DNA of 64,000 bases from Azolla caroliniana (lineage: Eukaryota > Plantae > Polypodiophyta), in NCBI GenBank assembly GCA_043228905.1, contig JBHGNT010000007.1, positions 7,750,001-7,814,000 of the forward strand, read 5' to 3'. Under the pieces are notes generated by a model that was not told the origin of the DNA, made no database searches, and was given only the letters and a program-made list of their open reading frames with translations. The position numbers were made by a program, and so were the translations under genes. The number at the start of each line of letters is the position of its first letter. Within the stretch, counting starts at the first letter, position 1. Positions 44,701 to 56,930 of this stretch are shown here, piece by piece.

Positions 44701-47700
44701 CCTTTTCTTGGCAACAATGAGCATATCATATACATATAGTACAAGAATGATTGGGCTGCCACTTTCATCTCTTTTAGTATACAAACAGTGAATAGCATGG
44801 CTTCTTTTGTACCCATGTTTGAGCATAAAAGCGTCAAACTTTTTGTACCATTGTCTAGAAGCTTGTTTCAGCCCATACAAGCTTCTATTGAGCTTACATA
44901 CCAAATGTTCCTTTCCAGGAATAACAAAGCCCTCAGGCTGTTTCATGTAAAGCTCTTCGTCAATGTCACCATGCAAAAAAGCTGTATGTACATCCATTTG
45001 GTCTAATTCCAAATCAAGTGCAGCCACTATAGCAAATAGCACTCGCAAAGTGGTCATTTTTACCATAGGAGAAAACACTTCCCGAAAATCTATGCCCTTA
45101 GTTTGAGCATATCCTTTTGCAACCAGCCTTGCTTTATACTTGGGTTTGTCATCAACGGTCTTGATTTTATATACCCATCTGTTAGGAATAGCGTTCCTTC
45201 CTTTGGGCAGTTCAACCAAGTCCCAAGTATTATTTGGATGCAAAGCCTTAATCTCTTCCTACATAGCAAGCTCCCACTTATTGCTGTGCTCACATGCCTT
45301 TGCCTCTTTATATGTAAGAGGTTCTCCCTCATCGGTCAACATTATGTAGTGCAACGAGGGGTCAAATCTGCTCACATTTCGTCTTATACGAGTAGAACGT
45401 CTCACCCAATGATCCATATTGTCAGGTAATGGATCAACATCAAGTGGCATGTCTAAATCATCATTGTTAGGCTGCTGTCCATTATTTTCAGCGCCATTTT
45501 CAGCATTATTATTTGGCTGCATATTCCTCTCAGGATCCTCATCTTGTTGTCCAACATCTTCTGGTTCCAAAACCACTGGATGAGCAATATTTTCAGTCCT
45601 TTGTGGTGGATCCTGATGGTCAAAACTGGGTCTAACAGGTGGCTGGTCATGCTGAAATCTAACCCTTTTATGGTCATCTTTTGAGGCACAATTGTTTTGT
45701 AGAGGCCTTGCCTCATTGAAAACAACATCTCGGTTGCGTATAACCTTCTTGAGCTGGGGTATCCAAATCCTATAACCCATTTCGCCTTCTTCACCATATC
45801 CCATGAAGAGGCCCTTAATGGACTTGGCATCAAGTTTGTTTCTTAGCTCAGGCCTTATATGTACAAAAACCTCGCAGCCAAAGACACGTAAGTGATCATA
45901 TGAAGTAGGTTTGCCAGACCAAACCTCTTCAGGGATGTCACCCTTTAAAGACGTGTGAGGGGATCTATTGCATACATGTACTGCAGTTTTGAATGCCTCT
46001 CCCCAAAATCCATGAGGGAGATTAGCGGTGGACAACATGCATCTCACTCTCTCACAAAGTGTCTTGTTATATCGTTCAGCCACGCCATTAGAAGAGGGGC
46101 TGCATGGAACAATAAGCTCCCTCTTAATACCTAAAATTTCACAAAATTTCTTGAATTCAGCACTTGTATACTCACCACCATTGTCCATACGCAAACATTT
46201 CAGTTTTTTGCCTGTTTGGGTGGTCACAAATGCATAAAAACAATTAAATGCAGCTAAGGCTTCATCCTTAGATTTAAGCAATTGAACCCAAATTTTTCTA
46301 GAGAAATCGTCAACAAATGAGATAAAATACATTCCGCCCCCCATAGATTTGGTGGGCATGCTACACACATTAGAATGAACAAGATCAAGTACACAAGACT
46401 TATGAGACACACCAGAGTAAAAGGAACAGTTCACTTGCTTTCCATATTGGCATTCATTACAAAAATCAAGCTTCGTGCCTTTAGCATCAAGCTTCTTTAG
46501 ATTATAAAGCCTAGTGAGACCCTTTTGGCTCATATGGCCAAGTCTCTTATGCCACAACTCCATATGGGAGTGAACTTCAGCCAAAGCAATAAATTTGCTT
46601 GATATAGCATTTCCATGTAAGCAATAAAGAGTTCCCTTCTTTGTGCCTTTCACAATCAGCCTTGAACCTTTTGTCATTTTCCAAGATCCTCTCTCAAAGA
46701 GAATGCTATAACCATGCATATCCATTTGCCCCACATAAAGAAAGCTCTTCTTGATCCCTGGTACATAACGCACATTATGCAAAACCAGCTCATTAGTGCC
46801 GTTTGTAAAAAAACGCACAATGCCAATACCCTCAATGGAACATGCATGATTGTTTCCAAGGTATACATGGCCATGGCTGCCTTGATAGGAGTCACATGAA
46901 ATGTGTTGGAGTGTGGCAGCCCTAGACCTGCACTCTCTTTTATCTTTATTATCTTTGTACTACATTCTCTCTCTTCCTAGATTCTTCTCTCTCTAGAATC
47001 TGCAACTCTTTAAATGCCTTCTCTCTCTAGAATCTGCAATGCTTTAAATGCCTTTTCTCTCTTCCACTTTTTCCAAGATATTCCCTTTTTTATTCCTAGT
47101 TTATTGTACTTGTTTGGTAGTACAAGAGTCTCTTAACTACCAAACAACCATTCCCAATTTTGTATAAATAGGCTTATACCAACCTCTTTTGTAATGAGAT
47201 TATTTTCTGTTGCTACTTACAAACAAGCACAACTCTTTGGCTGTGTCTCTACTCTTTGCAACCATTTTTTCTACTGCTGTTTAATAGCCTTCTCACAGCT
47301 TGGCTGTGTCTATTTTGTTCTAACTCTTCCGCTGCTGCTATTAACGGCTTTTCGCACAAAATGAAGCACTAGATTCAACTATCCTTGTTTGGGCCAATGC
47401 ATCATTGACAGTCAGCAAAGCATCAATAAGATCATTCTTAGTGATACACATGTCCTCTGAATGAATATTTAGAGAGGCATCATATGTGTAAGTATCATGA
47501 ATTGAAAAAGTAGCACATAAAATGTCCTCAACATCTGATAGCTCCTTTATGACTACATTTGAGGCCAATTGGCCTTCTCTTCGTCCTTTTGGTTGTCATT
47601 AGTCTTGTCCTTTCTCTTATCTCCAAAATTCTTTTTTCTTTCAAGTTCTGCTTTGTAATAGTGGCAATCAGGTTTCTTGTGGCCTTTCTTGCCACACTAA

Positions 47701-50700
47701 CAACATGTTACGTCATTGCTTTTAACTTTGCTGCTATTTCCCCTTTCTTGGCTTTTACTTTTGTTCCTATGTGCATAGTTACTTCTCTTATTTGTCCTAC
47801 CTCTAACCATGTTGGCTGAGCTGCCACCTTCTCCACTTGCTTTTCTCCTGATCTCTTGATTGAGTATGGAGCCCATAACACCATCAAAGGTAAGTTGGGG
47901 CTATTAGACAATGAGACTACCAATGTCTCCCATGAGTCAGGTAGTGTCATTAGCAGGAAAATGGCTTTGAGCTTATCATCAAAAGGAGCCATTCCTGAGT
48001 CCTGCAACCATAGATTGACATATTCGCATTCGTTGGGTTTCCCATTCGAATGCAAACGAATACGAATACGAATGAGAATATCACGAATATCACGCATGTG
48101 TCAATCTATGCCTGCAACTGTGATAAGGTACCTGATAAGCTGCACTCTTGGACTCATCCAATTGCATGCCAACAAGGTTTCCCATTAAGTGTACTTGATT
48201 AACAGGTGTCATATGTAGCCTTCAGGTTTGCCCATATTTTAGAAGCACATACCAACCCTTTGAGATCTACCAAGATCTCATCAGAAGCAGCCATCTTAAT
48301 ATATATGACAGCCTTTTTGGTTAAAAACTGCCATGCATCTTCTGACATGTTCTTTGGTTTTTCTGCCTCCAACGCCCTCTCACAATCCTTCAAAAAAAGA
48401 ATTCCTTGCATTCTTTCCTTCCACAAGTTGAAACCTATTCCCTCACATCGTTGAATCTCAAAAAGATTCTTCACTTTTGAGGAGGATGACGCCATAACTC
48501 ACAATAAAGAGGTCTGCACACCTGTTCTTTGCTGTACAACAACTGTGCAGAAGTTCGGAAACCCTAAAATCTGCTTTGATACCAGTTGTAAGGGTTAGGA
48601 ATGATGTCAATCGGGCTAAGGAATACTCAGGATTCACCCTAGTATAGGCCCTTTAGATGCAATAGTGGAGCTATGGTAGAAAAGATAGAGAGAGCAGTAG
48701 TTGGAGGAGCTCACCTTTGAAGTGAGATCCAAAAGTTTTTAACTCATGTTTTATAAGACCCATTTAGGGTTGGCCAAGTTCACACTGAACTTGGCCCAAA
48801 AATAGTGAAAAAGTGGTTAGTGACTTTTGGCCTTTATAAATAGGCCTATACTACATGTACACACTATAAGGGGGTCATTTAGGGCCTTTACCCCAACATG
48901 CATTGGTGGGTCTCTGTATACATAACAATAACTGTGTTTTTGAAGGTATCTTCAAATATCTGACATCTGTCCATATAGAGCCATTGTAATTCCATATAGT
49001 CATGTGTAGGGTCTCATAGGCCATATATCGTCATGCGGTTCTCTTCTATGTAATAATGACTTTACCATCTCTATATACGTCACATTTTCCTTCTTTGCAT
49101 CAAGCACTCGTGGCATGTTTTCTTTGCGGTGTGTCACTTGGGCTAGAGTGAGATCGTCATATAAGTACATTTTCTTACCCTTGAATGCCCTTCTTTTAGA
49201 TAGGAAAGATTTTTTCTTTTCGATATCCATGAAGCAGACAATAAAGGCTTTAGCTCTAGACTCATCTCTTCCCACCCTCCACGTTGAAGCAAATAGAATA
49301 TCTAATTGGGAGGGGGGGAGGGAGAGTGAGAGAAAGAAAGACAGAAAGAAAGAAAGATATATTAACGTCTTCTAAGGCCAAAATTGGCCCATGAGACAAA
49401 TAGTTTACAACAAAAAATGGGATATTTACCCATTCATCAAAAGTAAAAAATAAAAATAAAAATAGAGTTTTAAGCTAAATAGTTCTAGTAAAATAACAAA
49501 CATGTTCTACAATGAAAATGATGTTATACTAGGCCTAATTTCATTTCCATCTAAGTCTCTCGAAGAGAAGCGGGAGGTCAAAGGGTTTCGATGTGGATGT
49601 GGCCCGTGGCCCCAATGTAAAAGGTACCCTAACCATAGCTTCTAGTCGACATAGCTCACATTCTCTTATCTTCTTAATCCTTTCTACTCGGTGTCGACTT
49701 GTTTTGAAGCCCAACATCCGAGGGCGTTTGGTTGTTCTTTGCATTTCGGCTTCCTCAAGAGAGAGGTTGAGCGGCGTAAGTGTATCCACATTAATTGTCT
49801 CCCCTTGTTCCTAAAAAATTACACTAGTTACAAGTTGATGAATAGTAAAAGGGTTATGGTTAACACTTTGTAATTTATTCTCCCTATGTTGTTTTAGCTC
49901 TAAGATATACCTACCTAGTCTCTTTACATCCGGGATATCTAATAGTTTGGAGAGGGTGGGAGAGGGTCCTAATATGTCTTGGTATTCCACACGTATCTCG
50001 GCATAAATTGGGCACTTGCATGTGAAGTGATACTCATCCTCTATCTCTATGTGGCACAACCTACATAGCCTTTCCTCTCTAGGGACTCTATTAGCCCGAC
50101 CATTCTCAATCTCAAGTTGGTGAGATGATATCCTAAGTTGTCCAATGGCCACCCTTAGTGCATTTGATAAGAATGTATCTAGATATCTTGGTCGTGTAAT
50201 AAAACCTAACTGCGAGAAGTGCAAGAAGTGTTCCTTATAGTACAACATTTTAGATGGGAGTGGTTCTCGTGGGGTGATCCATTTATATCGAGTATAAATT
50301 TGCCATATTTCTTGGCGTATCACTTTATTACGGTCTTCATGAGATATTAGAGTTTGATCAGTCCCATGGTTGTACTTAAGGGGGGCTAGGTTATTAATGT
50401 CTATGCCGTTTACAAGTAACCAACTCACCACAGTGCTATACCAAGAGCTAGTGTCTCCAGACCCATGTAGGGATCGGGATGCCTCAAAGGCTCGACGGGA
50501 TATCCTATCTTGTGGTTGGCTTTGTATCCGATGAATAAAAACTACCACTTGAAATAGTGCTTCTACTAACATCGAGGGCAGACTGAACTCTGCTCTAATA
50601 ATGTCACGTGGTACTGTCGATTTGCTTCGGAATTGACGTGATAACATCATCACCAAAGGTCTCTCTAATTGCATCCACATGAAAGATGGTAGACCTAGAG

Positions 50701-52376
50701 CCCATACTATTGATGCATACATGAGGGAAGGGGTCACTAATGAGTCGAAGAGCCATCCCTTAGTCCGTGGCTCTTGAAAGTATGCCTGGTGGTATTGTCT
50801 CTCTAAGAGTGAGAGGGATGTATACCCTCTCGTTAGCCTATCTTTGGCTACTTGGGTCATCGAGAATTTACCTTAGCGAGCACTAAAAGTGACTCCCAAG
50901 TATACATATTATCCAACTACCTCAACTAGTTTATGAGAGAGGATTAGGTGACATTTACTCCTAACTCGGGACGATGTATGAAAGATAAGGACTTTAGTTT
51001 TCGCTAGATTCACTACTAGTCCTCGTTGTGTACAAAAGTCATCTAGGGCATTAAGATGCTTTTGTAGGTTGTGTTCTGACTCCGAGAGTAGGACAATGTC
51101 GTTTGCGTAGAGTAGAGACTAACTTGCGTATCCCCAATAGCTACTCCCTTGCCTCCCTTACGAGCAATAAAATCAGTGATCTCATCAATGTAGATCCCAA
51201 AAAGAGTCGGTGATAGGGGGTAACCCTGTTTTACACCAATGGTGCTAGTGAAACAATCAGATAGGCCACCTTAGCATCTTACGCACCCAAAGACTTGCTC
51301 ATATAGGGCATAAATGGCCCAGATCATGTCATTTGGTATCTCCAAGCTCTTAAGTCTATCAAACAACTTCTCCCTAGGAACTGTCTCAAAGGCTTTCTGG
51401 AAATCCACAAAGCAACAATATAGTTTCTTCTTACGAGCCTTCGTCTGGTCAATTAAGCACCTAAGTGTGAAGATATGGTCAATAGTGGAGAAGGCTCGTC
51501 TAAAGCCAGCCTGCTCAGGTGCTCGAAGACTTAATGTTTCCATATAATTGCTGAGCTCCGCTTCCATTACCACACCATATAGTTTAGCGAGCGTATGACC
51601 TATCATAATGGTCCTATATGTATTTGGGTCCATTGGGTCCCCTCCTTTATGTATAGGGGCCATTGTGTTCATGGTCATTTGTGGTGGAAAACCCTCGGTG
51701 AGGGCGCGGTTAAAGATTAGAGTGAGAAAGGGGGCTAGGCACTCTCGAGCATATATGATGTGCCCAGCTCGCAATCCTGTGTGGTCCATGGATTTCCTAT
51801 GTTGTAATTTTTTTATGACCTTCGTGACCCTAGAGGTCGTGAAAAGTGTCCCCATGGTAGGTCGGGGTGTGGAAAGCACTGGAATGGGTGGAAGACCCTA
51901 GAGAGGGAGGGAGGGAGGGAGGGAAAGAGAGAGAGAGAGAGAAAGAAAGATATATTAACGTCTTTTAAGAGGCCAAAATGGTCTATAAGACCAAATAAGA
52001 GATTACATCTTAAGTGTTGTCTCGTCTTAAGAACAAATCAAAATAAAATAAATATTACACAGTAAATATAAAAGTAAATAACATGAAAAGAAAATTAATG
52101 AGGGAATCTGGTTTTTGGCACATGTGAGATCCTCAAATTAGGTATATTGTAGCTTTTGTCTTCGAAAGATCTCTATCATAGGTCGATCCAGAATGGAAAT
52201 GTCTCCGAAGCGAGGGAAGCACCTACGATGGCGGGAGATTTGGCTTTTATCTGTCGATGACAAGGGTGTCGAGGTCGTGGTCCATGGGGCCGAGGCCTAC
52301 GTGCACGGCAAATTGTCATTGCCCGATCAATTGTAACCCCTTTGTTATGTCCTGGTCTGAAGCCCATTTGTGTATC

Positions 52377-52454
<78 letters not shown>

Positions 52455-55360
52455 TTAAAACTAGATCCTTGCTTTACAAGCGATATTGGGAGAAGACTTT
52501 ATCACACTTGAAGGGAATGATAGTTCTACGGACATGTTTATGGTATGCATAAGATACTATCTATTTATGAATTATAAGCATTAATGACAAGCAAACACTC
52601 ATCATTATGAAATGGTATAGGTATCAATCCATGTAGCTCCAACAAGTTTGGTGGTTACGTTGAAATTACCTGATGATTCGTACAAGTTGTCAAGTGATGT
52701 TTTTGATCGAGATGGTCAAAACAAAATCCGGGCATGCTCACTTGAAATTTTACCTCCAATTTATTTGATATACAGAATGCCTCGGTCATATCCTTCTAAT
52801 AGGCAACCTACTTTCGTTTTATCTGCCAAATGGTTAAATAAGGATGCACTTGCAAAATTATGCCAAGGTCTAGATGCCTTGTGGCAAGAGCAGGTTGGAA
52901 ATGTAGTTATTTATTCATGGACAGATTGGCTGCAAACTACATGCCTGTCTTATTTAGGAATAACAAATGAACTGGAGCTGGATTTTGGACCTGGTGGGAA
53001 AACCCATGATGATCGCGTGGTTTTGTACCGGTCGTCTCCTGAGAGGCTCATTCAATTTTTGATTCGTTACAATGAAGATAGGAAGAATGACATATTTTTA
53101 AAGTCAATACACACATGCTGTATCTGCTTTGGTGAACTATCAGGTAATAGGCTTTATCCTCTTGAAGATGTCAAAATCGTGAATCCTGATTTTGAAAATG
53201 GCCTTTTTTCTACATTTTACAGGTAAGGATTTTGTAAGGCTTCCATGCAAGCATCTCTTTTGCATTGGATGCACAAAGCAATATGTCACAATTAATGTCA
53301 AAGAAGGAACAGTGAAAAGGTTGAAATGTATGGACACAACGTGCAAGGATTCAATACCACCTTCAGTTTTGAAACAATTGCTTAGCGACAGTGAGTTTGT
53401 ACGGTGGGAGAACTTGCTTTTGCAGAAAACACTTGATTCGATGATTGATGTCGTTTATTGCCCTCGTTGTGAGGTTGTGTGCATCGAAGAAGAAGATCAT
53501 TTCACACAGTGCATACGTTGTCTCTTCAGCTTCTGTAGCCTTTGTAAGGGACCACGGCATGTTGGAAGAGAATGCCTATCTGCAGAGGCAAGGTTGCATA
53601 TACTCAAGGTATGGCTTGGTTTAATGATCTAATATTAAATCTTATCCTGCTAAATGTCCACAGAAAAAGAAAGAGAAATTATTGGCTGCCTATGTATTTT
53701 TCAGTTGTGTCTGAAAATGTTGGCTACTGTTTGTGTTTAGAAAAAAAGCATGCAGTGGGTTGTGATGAAGAGCATTAAAGGTGGAATTTCAGCACGATGA
53801 TCCCTTTCAAGATGCTACTTTAGCTCATATATTTATCCTCTTAAAATCCTTTCATGCTATCTTTCCTTGTCTTCTTCTGTTATTATTATGCCAAAAGTAA
53901 TGCATGCATTGTTGTTGCTTGTGCATAAAAACTTTCACAGTTGCATCATTTGTACTGAATGTGAATTAATGCTGTAATCTGGAATTTATGGTCCTACACT
54001 AGAAAATATTCTAATAAATGGTGAATAGCTCATATAGGGAAAGTTGATTGTATAGTAGATGTCCTGATGCACCAAATATGTAACTTTACCTTGTTATAAT
54101 GCACTTGGTTTCAGCTTAGTCAATAAAATAAACTTAATATTTCAAGTCTTGAGAGGAGTATATGCTACACTTCTGTAGGGGGAAATCCTCAACTGATGGT
54201 ATGAGTGGATTGATATCTTCTTTATCCTGACAATATACAATGAAGTTGAGAAGGTGAAATTACAGTTTAAGCCTTTGCATTTGTATGGATTTTTCATTTC
54301 TATTCTTTCATTATATCCCTTGGTTTTTACTTTCTTTTTTCTCAAACCATTTTGGTTCATGTTTCTCTTTCTTTTAATATATATTTTTTGTAACTTTGAA
54401 CTCTTGTTTGACATTATGAACGTTTGTCTGTCACTTAAGTAGGATACAATTTTGTAAAACGGAAACGTTTTCTCCAAAGTTCTAAGAAGCTGCTTTTTTT
54501 ACTTTCTTTTCTCTCAAACTCTTCTGGTTCATGTTTCTCTTTCTTTCAAAAAATTTTCCCGTAACTTTCAACTCTTGTTGGACACAATGAAGGTATATCA
54601 ATTTACCTCTTAAGTGGCAGGAAACTTCTGGAAGCGTTTTGTCTGAAGTACTAAGAAATTTTACTGATCTAGCCTTTTGGATTTTTAGGAGCGTCAACAA
54701 AGATCACATGGTGGAGCGGATACAAGAAGGAAAGAGCAAGACTACCTGAATGAGCTTATGAATTTGAAATACGTGCAGGAACAAACAAAGCAATGCCCTG
54801 CTTGTAAAATGGCCATAACCAAGTTTGAAGGGTGTAATAAAGTAACATGTGGTAACTGTGGACAATATTTCTGTTACGTATGCAACAAAGCTATTAAAGG
54901 TTATAATCATTTCAGGTGATGTAAATTGTAGTGATTCATATTCTTGAGAATATTGTATGGATACTTGAAAATTAATATCATTACGTTATTCCTTTTAGAG
55001 AGGGTTGTGTTCTCTTTGATGATGAGGAGATCCAGGGGTGGGAAAGGGCAATGCATGTTGGTAGAAATGCTGGTCCTCATGTAAGGGCTGGTGTTGCTTT
55101 ACGGACTTGTCCAAATTGTCGACAAGAAAATCTCAAGGTAAATAACATTGGCTAAAATAGGATACTTTTTCTCTTCTTTTATGCATTTAGTTGAAAAACC
55201 ATCTTCTGACTAAAGATACTATGTTGAGTAGGAGGGTAACAACAACCATATATTCTGTTGGTCATGCCAACAGCATTTCTGCGCTTTATGCAGAAAAATT
55301 GTTCGACGCAGTTCAGAACACTATGGCCCTAACAAGTGCAAACAACACACTGCAGATTGA
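38788..55360 (+). CDS. RWD-RING1-IBR-RING2 (RBR) E3 ubiquitin ligase, RNF14/ARA54-like; exons 38788-39261, 52465-52542, 52621-53143, 53223-53608, 54689-54915, 54999-55137, 55232-55360
   Basis: GT-AG introns join in frame: QQDE|ILALQAILG (RWD), [25 protein letters not shown] (RING1), [16 protein letters not shown] (IBR), QCPAC..GCNKVTC (RING2), extra C-terminal [13 protein letters not shown]; stop TGA at 55358-55360. The start codon is less certain. Confidence 0.9.
39281..39546 (+). repeat. ~140-bp tandem duplication containing (CTAT)n at the start of intron 1
   Basis: AGATAGATGCAATCTAATAGTT...CCTGTTCTCAGTGTGT occurs twice. Confidence 0.88.
39780..40683 (-). mobile_element. Highly decayed LINE RT relic
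   Basis: Traces [16 protein letters not shown] and FVDL parallel the KWYDEDC / PIHKGGD / CFVDL motifs of the better-preserved LINE. Confidence 0.5.
40684..43431 (-). mobile_element. Copia F 3' half (Ale/Retrofit-like; INT-RT-RH, short 3' LTR 40684-40849)
   Basis: [56 protein letters not shown]; PPT at 40850-40860. Confidence 0.88.
46904..47358. repeat. Solo LTR (455 bp) inserted in the Copia G protease, TSD AAATG
   Basis: TG...CA ends; removing it restores SASF|HVTP. Confidence 0.85.
48009..48110. mobile_element. 102-bp hAT-type MITE
   Basis: 12-bp TIR CATAGATTGACA/TGTCAATCTATG; 8-bp TSD CCTGCAAC; subterminal ATTCG/CGAAT repeats. Confidence 0.9.
48899..49300 (-). mobile_element. LINE fragment (ORF1 end and ORF2 endonuclease start)
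   Basis: [21 protein letters not shown] and [19 protein letters not shown] are homologous to the LINE at 14900-15200. Confidence 0.75.
49332..51891 (-). mobile_element. RTE-X-like LINE-2, 5'-truncated, same family as 11059-15200
   Basis: RT and C-terminal zinc motif are near-identical to LINE-1; same 3' terminus and (TTTC)n tail. Confidence 0.92.
51941..52378 (-). mobile_element. Short 3' LINE fragment (LINE-3) of a related family, between GA-rich tracts
   Basis: Shares the GAAAGATATATTAACGTCTT 3' terminus; the body differs from LINE-1 and LINE-2. Confidence 0.6.
52379..52451 (+). repeat. (GA)36 microsatellite immediately upstream of the exon 2 acceptor
   Basis: Directly visible. Confidence 0.97.
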
Positions 55361-56329
55361 AATCCTGGTGGCCTGTGTAGTTAAGGTTGGTTTTCGTTGC
55401 AATATATGTTCCTTCTTTGCTCTATTTTTCCTATATTCTCCCTAAGAGCTATCACTGAGGAGGGTAGCGCTTTTGTTGATATACTGCAACTATGTGGATA
55501 TCTGTAAAGTTTTTGACTGTTCCTAAGGTATGATTGGTTAGCAGGTTGCAGGATTTAAGAGTTCCTTCAGAACCCCAATGGGGTATTTTGTTGGAAAGAT
55601 GTTGGAGTATGGATTTCAAAGTGACTTTCTAATAGACATTTGAGTACACTACATTCACTTGTCCATGATAATGGACTCTTGGTGAAGCTTGGGAAAACCA
55701 TGGTCATGGCTCAGTGAATAAGAGGGCAGTGCCTGATAACATGCATGGACAGGAGAAGAAGGCAGATCATGCTGATTCACTGACCTTGGTGTAGTGTTCA
55801 CTTGACTAGTAGGGGTTATGAGCACTGGAAGGACTAGAGACGATGCTGTCATAGACTATGTTCCTTGAACACATACTAAGTTATAGTTATGTGATACCCT
55901 TATTACACCTACAATCTTTATGAAATGCAGATTTGATGACCTAGTTTGGGCTGTCATTGCAGATGTGGAGAAATCTCCAATGGGTGGAGATCGATGGAGA
56001 GACCTCTTGTTTCCATCATCTCCAGAACGCAGCTGATTAAAGCATCTGTACCCCACAAGATTATTAGGCCTGAGATATAGCTGTATCACCGATGGTTGTA
56101 GAGGCTCTAGTCAGTTCAATGTCCTTTCATAATAGTACATAGTTCATGGTAACTGCATCAACATAGATATGCCAGGTTGGTGTTGGAGTTCCTCACAATT
56201 GGCAAGTAAGAGAGATACTTTATGTTGCTATGCACAAATAGCACCATGGTTTCAGCATAAACAGACAACCCCACCATCCCGTACACCTTGAATACACTAT
56301 CTCTCACATTCACTCCTTGGGAAAATGAT

Positions 56330-56930
56330 CAGGCAAGATCTCATGCAAATGAAATCCATCAACGAAAACCAAACTGATTGGGACTAGAAGCTTAACTCCT
56401 TGCTTCGGCTGTATCGGAAAAGCAACAAGAGTAGGAAATCGTTAACAACCCCTCCCTCCGTCGCTCTTTGACTCTCGATAATTTCCCAAGCGATGAAGGG
56501 TTTATTTTTGACAACAGGAAACTTGAAACCCCAATAAAATATAGGAACATACTCAAAATGGGCTCATTAAAGAGCCATATAGGAATTCAATAGAGAATAT
56601 CCGGGCAGAGTGGGTGGTGGAGGCATGATCTTTCTCCATCACCCACTCCTAGAAAAGTGTGTAATAGAGGCAACTGGCCGCATGTTGTTACGACAAATAC
56701 CACGAGAACAATGAGCATTCCCTCTGATTTATGCGGTTGATATTTTACTTTTGGCATATCATTAGTTGAGACTGCAAAAGCGTTTAGATACATTGTGTAC
56801 TTTCTGTGAACATGCCCTCGCAGTCAATGTAGCTAAGATCGACGTCATAGTAGTGGGCATTGCCAAATCTGAATGTCAACAGCTTACAATGAAGAGGCAA
56901 TCGAACAGTTTCACAATGTCAAATACCATG
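56330..56930 (+). mobile_element. Decayed Gypsy integrase and LINE RT relics
   Basis: KSINENQTDWD*KLNS (compare Gypsy A); IYAVDILLL..LQKRLDTLCTFCE..VNVAK. Confidence 0.55.

Larger units (their letters stand above)
43432..48898 (-). mobile_element. Copia G with two ~312-bp LTRs (43432-43744, 48587-48898), degenerate, no TSD
   Basis: PBS TGGTATCAAAGC at 48573-48584; gag ATG 48495; INT/RT/RH motifs; flanks AGTTT versus TGCAT. Confidence 0.92.

Noticed and set aside
52257-52552. ER-repeat proteins
   Set aside because: Translation of the (GA)36 microsatellite
55640-56160. Possible decayed coding sequence (also 57280-57740)
   Set aside because: Multiple stops and no family motif I can recognise
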